A stretch of DNA of 24,000 nucleotides from contig CAMTWJ010000002.1 of assembly GCA_947085495.1 (NCBI GenBank), positions 170,969 to 194,968 of the forward strand, in the 5' to 3' direction. This document shows, piece after piece, positions 7,620-13,455 of the stretch (positions within the stretch are counted from its first letter, which is position 1; the number at the start of each line of letters is the position of its first letter). The notes beneath the pieces were generated by a model. The model did not search any database and was not told the origin of the DNA. It was given only the letters and a program-made list of their open reading frames with translations. Source of the stretch: an uncultured Candidatus Saccharibacteria bacterium (GTDB lineage Bacteria > Patescibacteriota > Saccharimonadia > Saccharimonadales > 2-12-FULL-41-12). The position numbers and the translations under genes were made by a program.

Positions 7620-8213
7620 CTACTGAGCATCGTTGCTGGTGTAGCCACCAAATTCATTTTCTGCAGGGGTGCAGCTGTTCCACAGTCCCCTATTTTGCTC
7701 ACGAGCTTCGACTTGAAGTGCCCGAAATTCATCGAGCTTTTGGAATGGAAAGCTGACATAGGCAAAGCCATAGCCATTTTTGATAATCTCGGCATTCACC
7801 AGTCTGCCATCTGGCAGATATACATAGCGCAGCAAGCGGTTGTATCTGTCTCGGTTTTGGTTGGTTGGGTCAGCATCTAGGCGGAGCTCTTGGTTGCCTA
7901 TCAAGTCTTTTGTGTACTGTGCCGCTGCTTGGCCAAAACACTGGATGGCTTTACGAGGATCATGTGTTTCGGGTGTATCAACACCGATAAACCGTACTTT
8001 TTCAGTGGTACCGTTCATGTTTACGGACACGGTATCGCCATCGCTAAACTCAACCACTCGATATAGACCCGGGTTTTGAGTCTGTGCCAGCTTTGGAGGC
8101 TCTTCTTGTTTTACAACCGCAAAGCTAATCGCTGTTAGTAGCAGCGCAAATATAAGTCCAGATAATGTCTTCGGTCGTCGTTTTAGATAGCGGAAGCTAC
8201 TTTTGGTACCCAT
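7620..8213 (-). CDS. Thermonuclease (staphylococcal nuclease/SNase family) with N-terminal membrane anchor or signal
   Basis: 197-aa ORF with the N-terminal TM LSGLIFALLLTAISFAVV. The SNase core reads GDTVSV...EKVRFIGVDTPETHDP...RDRYNRLLRYVYLPDGRLVNAEIIKNGYGFAY. TATAAT (rc of 8222-8227) lies 8 nt upstream of the ATG, inside the upstream gene. Confidence 0.85.
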   Translation of the reverse strand: MGTKSSFRYLKRRPKTLSGLIFALLLTAISFAVVKQEEPPKLAQTQNPGLYRVVEFSDGDTVSVNMNGTTEKVRFIGVDTPETHDPRKAIQCFGQAAAQYTKDLIGNQELRLDADPTNQNRDRYNRLLRYVYLPDGRLVNAEIIKNGYGFAYVSFPFQKLDEFRALQVEAREQNRGLWNSCTPAENEFGGYTSNDAQ

Positions 8214-9049
8214 ACCGAAGTATTATACTCGGCTGGTTTTGGCAGTTCGGCCACAAGCTCGGTAAGCTCTTCCTGCGAAGGCAGGTTTTTCTTGAGTTCT
8301 TCAAGGGGCTCTGTAGGGCTAACATGCTGTTCGGTATACTCTGTCCCGGCACTGTTGTACAAGTCAGTGTGCGTAGCAGCCGGTAGTTGTTCTGCTGCTG
8401 GGAGTGCGTACAGCGCCGAGCGAATTGGAGCTATAGAAGTAACATCTTCTAGCGAGTGGATGAATGTCTTGGGAGCTATCTTTTTCCCATAGCCGTATGG
8501 AGTTTTGTCGATGTTAAACAATGTCCCTGCTGGGTATGAAATGCCATTTAGAGACAAAGGCGCAAATGATAAAGCAGTGGGTTCACGGTAGCCCTTCTTA
8601 AAAAATACAAGCTGGCCTTCGTCGTCTACAAACATGCGGTTTTTATTGCTACCGTATTCGTCGTCTGACAGATCACTGCGCTCAATCGCTGCCTTAAAGT
8701 AATATTCAGCCGAAAGACAATTATCTGCTCCCTCTTTTGCCTCGTTATGGTGAAGCTCTATCTTCTCTTCGGCATCTCGAAAAGACGAATCATTAACAAT
8801 GTTTAGCAGATAGCCGCCCATAGTACTTAGTCCATCCATTTGAGGAATGTATTCGTTGGATAGCTCTCGGTCCGGCTTTTCTCGCAGAACAGTACACGCC
8901 CGAGTGTAGGCATTAAAGGTATTAGAGCCGGTCAAGGTTGTGATTGACGGGTGTTTGGAATTGCCTTTGAGCGCATCAAGAATAAAGGGTTCTACAACCC
9001 CCTCCATAGCCTCAACAAGCTGTTCGTGATCTTGAATAAATTCTGACAT
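8183..9049 (-). CDS. Hypothetical protein, paralog 2 of a tandem pair (288 aa)
   Basis: Shares blocks with the 281-aa neighbour: GSNTFNAYTRAC vs GSNAFNAYAQAC, and FVDDEGQLVFFKKGYREPTALSFAPLSLNGISYPAGTLFNI vs YVDDEGETVLFQKSFGEESAMSFKPISVAGIDYAPGTIFSV. No signal peptide and no family recognised. Its 3' end overlaps the nuclease start by 31 nt. Confidence 0.6.
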   Translation of the reverse strand: MSEFIQDHEQLVEAMEGVVEPFILDALKGNSKHPSITTLTGSNTFNAYTRACTVLREKPDRELSNEYIPQMDGLSTMGGYLLNIVNDSSFRDAEEKIELHHNEAKEGADNCLSAEYYFKAAIERSDLSDDEYGSNKNRMFVDDEGQLVFFKKGYREPTALSFAPLSLNGISYPAGTLFNIDKTPYGYGKKIAPKTFIHSLEDVTSIAPIRSALYALPAAEQLPAATHTDLYNSAGTEYTEQHVSPTEPLEELKKNLPSQEELTELVAELPKPAEYNTSVWVPKVASAI

Positions 9050-9055
9050 AAAGTA

Positions 9056-9088
9056 TATATTATACTAAAAAACACTAAAAAAGTCAAT
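9056..9088 (-). promoter_or_regulatory. Consensus sigma70 promoter cassette, copy 1 (TTGACT-17-TATAAT)
   Basis: The reverse strand reads ATTGACTTTTTTAGTGTTTTTTAGTATAATATA, with -35 at rc 9082-9087 and -10 at rc 9059-9064. The ATG at 9049 lies 9 nt after the -10. The cassette is 32/33 identical to 10541-10573. It is preceded on the reverse strand by hairpin AGCGT-AACC-ACGCT (9090-9103) spanning the upstream stop codon. Confidence 0.65.
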
Positions 9089-9096
9089 GAGCGTGG

Positions 9097-9942
9097 TTAC
9101 GCTGCTTTGGTTTGGGCTTCTGCCTCACGTTGCCAGGCTCTGCCCATAACACCAGCCAACCTTGGGCGCTCTTGAAGCACTTGTTTTAGCACACCAGCAG
9201 AAGGCATAAATGCAGATACGTCACGTACATCTAGATGTCTGAGGGCAGAATCAACATGGTAGTAGTCGAAGCCTTTTATAGTTTGCCTTCTGTCTTTATC
9301 TCTCTCACTCAAAGCAAGATAGCTCAGCCTCATCGGGCGAAGTGCAGCAATATGGCCCAGTGGATATACTTCGCTTTCGAAGAATTGGCCACTGACTGGT
9401 TCTCCAAAAGCGTCCTCGGTTTGCCATACGCTAAAAATAGTCCCTGGTGCATAATCTATGCCAGCGACAGAGATTGGCTTAAAGGACATTGCGCTTTCTT
9501 CTCCAAATGATTTTTGAAACAGCACTGTTTCGCCCTCGTCATCAACGTATAGATTATTGATATAGTCATGGCCAGCATTTCGTATGGAGCGAATATAATT
9601 TACCTCTGCGGACTTACAGGTTCCTATTAGTTTGTCAGTCCAATGAAACGGATACTTAGTGTTTTTTGGCCCTTCCACAGAGCTGTTTATAAGATCGATA
9701 ACCATCTTGCCGGCTTGCCCTATTTTCTTTGGCTGTTCAATCTTTCTTTCGGTCAATGGCTCCGCTTCGGCAGTCTGCTTGCAAGCCTGAGCATAGGCGT
9801 TAAATGCATTACTTCCTTCGATGTAGATCATCCCAGAGCTAGGCACTCTATATCCTGCTAAGGCCTCGACAATTGGCGCAGCAACTCCAGCCTCGTCAAA
9901 GGCTTCCAGCAAATGCGCAGTATCTCGTTCAATTTTATTCAT
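9097..9942 (-). CDS. Hypothetical protein, paralog 1 of a tandem pair (281 aa)
   Basis: Intact ORF with conserved blocks shared with 8183-9049 (see that entry). No family recognised. It begins 15 nt downstream of the hammerhead motif. Confidence 0.6.
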   Translation of the reverse strand: MNKIERDTAHLLEAFDEAGVAAPIVEALAGYRVPSSGMIYIEGSNAFNAYAQACKQTAEAEPLTERKIEQPKKIGQAGKMVIDLINSSVEGPKNTKYPFHWTDKLIGTCKSAEVNYIRSIRNAGHDYINNLYVDDEGETVLFQKSFGEESAMSFKPISVAGIDYAPGTIFSVWQTEDAFGEPVSGQFFESEVYPLGHIAALRPMRLSYLALSERDKDRRQTIKGFDYYHVDSALRHLDVRDVSAFMPSAGVLKQVLQERPRLAGVMGRAWQREAEAQTKAA

Positions 9943-9957
9943 AAATTTTCTAAAACT

Positions 9958-10010
9958 CTTGCTTTCGTCCTTTTGGACTCATCAGTATGACCGCACAGTC
10001 ATAAAGCAAA
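9958..10010 (-). ncRNA. Hammerhead ribozyme, type III topology
   Basis: The reverse strand reads UUUGCU-U|UAUGAC-UGUGCG-GUCAUA-CUGAUGA-GUCC-AAAA-GGAC-GAAA-GCAAG.
- Core: both conserved core strands (CUGAUGA and GAAA) are present.
- Stem I: 6 bp with a 6-nt loop.
- Stem II: 4 bp with a G10.1-C11.1 closing pair and a 4-nt loop.
- Stem III: A15.1-U16.1 plus GCAAG/UUUGC, open-ended.
- Cleavage: site triplet CUU obeys the NUH rule. Predicted cleavage falls between 10004 and 10003. Confidence 0.8.
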
Positions 10011-10105
10011 TAACAAAGTGAAAACAGACCAAAAAGGATGGTGTGGGTAAAGGACGGATGTCCACCAATGCGTTTTCTTTGCATTGTCCCTCTTTTGCAT
10101 CTCCT

Positions 10106-10534
10106 TCAGAGACCTTTCTTTTCTCGGTACACAATCACAGGTATGACCAAGATTGTGAGAGTGAAGACGCTGGCCAGGAAAAGGCCCTCTATTTCGTCAC
10201 TCTTGATCATGATCAGCTTGTTCTCCAAGTCCTTCTTGTTGAAGAAGGAGTAGCTGATGACCAGGTCATGTAGCAGCACCAAAAGTGCTACCGCAAGCCA
10301 GGCTGCAGCGATGTACTCGAAAAAGCCGAGATCTTGGAACAGTCCATTGTTCCCGGTGAGCTGGCTGTATAGCCAAGAACTACCTACCAGCTGAGTTATA
10401 AAGCTCAGTCCGGCTGCGAGGAGTAGAACGATAGTACGTTCAGCTGTATCTTTATCAAAGAAGTTCACTGTTGTATCCTTCGGTCGAGGTTTCCACTTTG
10501 TTAAGGTGTTAAGGAGAAAATGTTTTCTCAACAA
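10106..10534 (-). CDS. Hypothetical multi-pass membrane protein (142 aa, TTG start)
   Basis: ORF with about three hydrophobic helices (IVLLLAAGLSFITQLV, YIAAAWLAVALLVLL, LFLASVFTLTILVIPVIV). The only in-frame start near the promoter is TTG at 10534, 9 nt after the -10. The start assignment is uncertain. Confidence 0.5.
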   Translation of the reverse strand: MLRKHFLLNTLTKWKPRPKDTTVNFFDKDTAERTIVLLLAAGLSFITQLVGSSWLYSQLTGNNGLFQDLGFFEYIAAAWLAVALLVLLHDLVISYSFFNKKDLENKLIMIKSDEIEGLFLASVFTLTILVIPVIVYREKKGL

Positions 10535-10540
10535 AACTAA

Positions 10541-10573
10541 TATATTATACTAAAAAACACCAAAAAAGTCAAT
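10541..10573 (-). promoter_or_regulatory. Consensus sigma70 promoter cassette, copy 2 (TTGACT-17-TATAAT)
   Basis: The reverse strand reads ATTGACTTTTTTGGTGTTTTTTAGTATAATATA, with a single mismatch to copy 1. It is preceded on the reverse strand by an interrupted hairpin (10578-10607). Confidence 0.65.
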
Positions 10574-10631
10574 AATGCTCGATGAGCGAATGTACTTTCG
10601 CAGCGAGTAAAGGGAGCCCACGGAGTAAAGA

Positions 10632-10811
10632 CTAACTAACCATGCCCTGCACCAGCAGGTTGAAACGATCGCTGTTGTATATTCGCAGCTCTAACCAGTT
10701 TGATATATGCTCGAATTGGATGGCGTTTAGTCGATGGATCATGCGCTTGTCGCTGAATACATTTACGTATGTGCCACAATCTGTGAATATAATTTGGGTA
10801 CCTGTGACCAT
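10632..10811 (-). CDS. Possible small protein (59 aa), leaderless candidate
   Basis: The reverse strand reads tTGaTATAAT (extended -10; the -10 is rc of 10818-10823), followed by atgtat and ATG (10811). Translation is MVTGTQIIFTDCGTYVNVFSDKRMIHRLNAIQFEHISNWLELRIYNSDRFNLLVQGMVS. No family recognised, and it could be non-coding. Confidence 0.3.
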   Translation of the reverse strand: MVTGTQIIFTDCGTYVNVFSDKRMIHRLNAIQFEHISNWLELRIYNSDRFNLLVQGMVS

Positions 10812-10910
10812 ATACATATTATATCAAAGCACCCCCTTACCCCAGTTAATTCTAGGCTACAAAATAATTAAGCGCACTAAGTGAAACCCGAGTAGGTGTA
10901 CAATGAAAGC

Positions 10911-11225
10911 ATGTCGAATATGTTCAAAAACCTACGTAAATCTATACGAAGTTGGGCTCAGCTTAAAGACCCTGCCCCCGGACTTAGTATGGGTATCCCC
11001 ACAACAGAAGTAGAGAGGCATTCTGAAAATAGAAATATAGAGTTAGCTAAGCTCAGGCTACAAAAAGAGCATTACGAAAAGAATTTAAGAATAATGATCG
11101 TCACTACAGCAGTTGGTATTTTGGGTATCATCGTATCCCTAATGCTGGGGGTGGTTGCCATAACTTCACGACAAGAGATAAAAGTAGAAGTTCATGATCA
11201 GAAAACAGTTCAAAAGAGTGATTAA
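10911..11225 (+). CDS. Hypothetical protein with C-terminal TM helix (104 aa)
   Basis: The track starts at GTG 10896. I prefer the ATG at 10911, which lies 6 nt after TACAAT (10899-10904). The TM segment is IMIVTTAVGILGIIVSLMLGVVAI. Confidence 0.5.
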   Translation: MSNMFKNLRKSIRSWAQLKDPAPGLSMGIPTTEVERHSENRNIELAKLRLQKEHYEKNLRIMIVTTAVGILGIIVSLMLGVVAITSRQEIKVEVHDQKTVQKSD

Positions 11226-11243
11226 GAAGGTTTACTGAGGCAC

Positions 11244-11813
11244 CTAATAATCGATGCCGGGGTTGGCGAGGAATTTGTCGTCGAAGTGGTGCCGCAGCTT
11301 TGTCATGTTGGTAGCGATGTCTACTTGGTCGAGTAGTTCTTTTGGAAAGTTACGGCCAGTTAGGCACAGACTAGTCTTTTGCGAGCGCTTTGCAAGTAAC
11401 TCCTTCATATCTTTTATACTTAATAATCCGTCGTGGACGGCATTGTTGATCTCATCGCAGATCACTAGGTCGTACTTGCCGCTGCTGACAGCTTTTAAAG
11501 CTTCCTGATACGTCTCTTGGGCGGCTTGTTTGTGTTGCTCTGGAGTGATCTCGTCTGCACTTAGCTCGCCAGCGTTATAAAACCCTTTGCCGCCTTTATA
11601 AAAATACAGCTGGTCCTTATACAGGTCACTGATATCCCGCAGGAAAACATGCTCCCCCACTCCCCAGTATTTGATGAACTGTATAAATGCTACGTTCCAG
11701 CGGCTACCCAGCGCACGGGCAACGAGGCCCAGACTAGCGCTGGTTTTGCCCTTGCCGTCGCCGGTGTAGACAAGTACCACTGACTCTTTGGTCTTAAAAT
11801 CGTCCAAACTCAT
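11244..11813 (-). CDS. cobO: Cob(I)yrinic acid a,c-diamide / cob(I)alamin adenosyltransferase (CobA/CobO/BtuR family)
   Basis: 189-aa ORF with the P-loop-like YTGDGKGKTSASLGLVARALG, the motifs FIQFIK and DLVICDEINNAV, LCLTGRNFPKELLDQVDIATNM, and the C-terminal GIDY. Confidence 0.8.
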   Translation of the reverse strand: MSLDDFKTKESVVLVYTGDGKGKTSASLGLVARALGSRWNVAFIQFIKYWGVGEHVFLRDISDLYKDQLYFYKGGKGFYNAGELSADEITPEQHKQAAQETYQEALKAVSSGKYDLVICDEINNAVHDGLLSIKDMKELLAKRSQKTSLCLTGRNFPKELLDQVDIATNMTKLRHHFDDKFLANPGIDY

Positions 11814-11833
11814 ATGTATATAGTGTAGCGTAC

Positions 11834-12508
11834 TTAGCTGACTAGCTTGATGGCAATTGGCACAATAGCGTGTGGGTTGTTTACGACTTCGTCTGCTCCA
11901 GCCACGATAAGGCTGCTAGCAATGGCGTGAGAGTTGTCGTGGTCGATGCCTACAGCGTAAGTTTGGGCGCTCTTGGCAGCTTGCATGTCTACAATCTGAT
12001 CGCCGATCATAATGGCTTGCTCTGGGTGTACCTCTAGCTTTTCGAGCGCTAGCAGTAGCGGCTCTGGATGCGGCTTATGGTTTTCGACGTCATCGGCGCA
12101 GATGACGACATCGATGTGTTCCTCGAGGCCAGAGCGTTTAATAATTTCGTGAGTGCCGGCTGCGCCACGGCCCACGGTGCCACGGCTAGTGACGATGGCG
12201 TGCTTAAAGCCCTGGCGAGAAAGTTCCTCAATAACCTCGATAATTCCTTCGAAAAGCATGATTTCTGCGTAGTGCGCTTGCTGTGCTTCTTTGAAGCGTC
12301 GGGTAATCTCTGGATGCTCTGGGTGGTCGTTGCTGTGATGGCGCAAAAATTCTTCTAGAGTGCCGCTAAAGTTCTTTTGCAATTGCTTTCTGGTAGGTGG
12401 AGTCAGGCCAAAATCTGGGAAAAGATCTTCCAAGACTTTCTGGGTAATGCGGGAGCTTGGAATAAGTGTGTTGTCTAGGTCCCAAAGTATAGCTGCTTGT
12501 TTTTTCAT
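11834..12508 (-). CDS. HAD-superfamily hydrolase (phosphoglycolate phosphatase-like, subfamily IA)
   Basis: I prefer the start at MKKQAAILWDLDNTLI (ATG, rc of 12506-12508). HAD motif I is DLDNT, motif II is VTSR, and motifs III/IV are K...GDQIVDMQAA. TGCTATACT lies upstream on the reverse strand. Confidence 0.8.
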   Translation of the reverse strand: MKKQAAILWDLDNTLIPSSRITQKVLEDLFPDFGLTPPTRKQLQKNFSGTLEEFLRHHSNDHPEHPEITRRFKEAQQAHYAEIMLFEGIIEVIEELSRQGFKHAIVTSRGTVGRGAAGTHEIIKRSGLEEHIDVVICADDVENHKPHPEPLLLALEKLEVHPEQAIMIGDQIVDMQAAKSAQTYAVGIDHDNSHAIASSLIVAGADEVVNNPHAIVPIAIKLVS

Positions 12509-12606
12509 AATTGCTTCTTGAAAGTATAGCATTAGCCTATTCGTCTACTAGATTGACGATCTGTAAACACAGTGGTAGAGTAATCTCAAAAGAAGGAGAC
12601 GCTAAC

Positions 12607-13137
12607 ATGGCCGTTGGAGAGATAACAAAACTAGAAGTACCAGAGATTTTACCGGTCAATATTAGTGTTAAAGAAACCTACAGGAAGGCTCGGCGTATTA
12701 TGGAGCTTTTCTGCGAAGAAGATGAAGTAACTCAAAAAACACGGGAGCAACATATAAGTGTACTTAGCTCCAGAGCAATTATTTTAAGCGAACAAGATGA
12801 AAGTGAAGCACCGGACTCTTTAATGCGCTATGAGTATGTAAAGTTTCGTCAAGTCAAATATGAACGGCAAAAAAGAAAGTTTATCCCACAGAGCCTTGGC
12901 GAGCTAGCCATGAGGGGTGGTGCTGATACCGCCGATGGAGTGTCTGTGACTGCGATGGTAGGGTTTTCCAATATAAGAGGTACCGTGACAGAGCAAAAAC
13001 AAACATATAACTTAACCGACAGTAACGGTTTCCAGGCAGTAGACCGAGGTTTTATAGAGGCAGTAGCAGCGGTTCGTGTAAAAATTGCTGAAGATAAGAG
13101 CCTTCAGGAACTCCTGCATAGCCAACCTAAGTCATAA
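12607..13137 (+). CDS. Hypothetical protein (176 aa)
   Basis: The ATG at 12607 is preceded by AAGGAG with 8 nt of spacing, and by a candidate promoter TTGACG-17-TAGAGT (12551-12579). The track's longer TTG-started ORF overlaps the HAD gene's promoter region. No family recognised. Confidence 0.5.
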   Translation: MAVGEITKLEVPEILPVNISVKETYRKARRIMELFCEEDEVTQKTREQHISVLSSRAIILSEQDESEAPDSLMRYEYVKFRQVKYERQKRKFIPQSLGELAMRGGADTADGVSVTAMVGFSNIRGTVTEQKQTYNLTDSNGFQAVDRGFIEAVAAVRVKIAEDKSLQELLHSQPKS

Positions 13138-13180
13138 GATATAGCACGGCTCTTGTGTGACTCGGGGTGGGTCTGTTAAA

Positions 13181-13453
13181 ATGCTAAGAGTAATGACTAA
13201 AGCCGCCGACACTTCGACGACTGAACGAGATCGAGACCGGGCAAACAAAGCTCGACGATTGTTTTTTACAAACCTGTTTGACTTGAGCTGGCGCATGATG
13301 AGCGCAATGCTTTTGCCAATACTTATAGGTCTTTATATCGATTCAGTTGTCGGACGAGGGCAAGCATTTGCACTCACTGGGTTCGTGGTTGGCATGATCC
13401 TAGGGGCATTAGTCTTACGAAGCGTAGTAATTAAGCTATCGAAGGGACAATAA
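13181..13453 (+). CDS. AtpZ/AtpI-like small membrane protein preceding the ATP synthase operon
   Basis: It sits immediately upstream of atpB. It has two TM helices (WRMMSAMLLPILIGLYI and AFALTGFVVGMILGALVL), as in the AtpZ/AtpI family. The start is ambiguous between 13157 (GTG), 13181 and 13193. Confidence 0.6.
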   Translation: MLRVMTKAADTSTTERDRDRANKARRLFFTNLFDLSWRMMSAMLLPILIGLYIDSVVGRGQAFALTGFVVGMILGALVLRSVVIKLSKGQ

Positions 13454-13455
13454 GT

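Noticed and set aside
10253-10259. Second CUGAUGA box on the plus strand (possible second hammerhead)
   Set aside because: It lies inside the 10106-10534 coding region. What follows is not a closed stem II plus GAAA: the downstream sequence is ccaggtcatgtagcagcacc...cgcaagcc. No stem I/III partners are present either.
10578-10607. K-turn or C/D-box-like reading of CUCG-AUGA-GCGAA...UUCGC-AG-CGAG
   Set aside because: The non-bulged strand reads AG rather than the GA needed for tandem sheared G-A pairs next to the C-stem. I treat it as a plain interrupted hairpin (a likely terminator element of the cassette).
10642-10884. 80-aa plus-strand ORF in the AT-rich gap
   Set aside because: It has no promoter or SD context. 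Its product looks non-protein-like (a Ser/Leu/Ile-rich run). It overlaps the better-supported minus-strand small ORF. Both remain low confidence.
12511-12606. Upstream extension of the 12607 ORF (track start at 12511), and the MLYFQEAI extension of the HAD gene (12509-12532)
   Set aside because: The two extensions overlap each other and the divergent promoter elements. The internal ATGs have better context: AAGGAG for 12607, and the DxDxT motif close to the N-terminus for the HAD gene.
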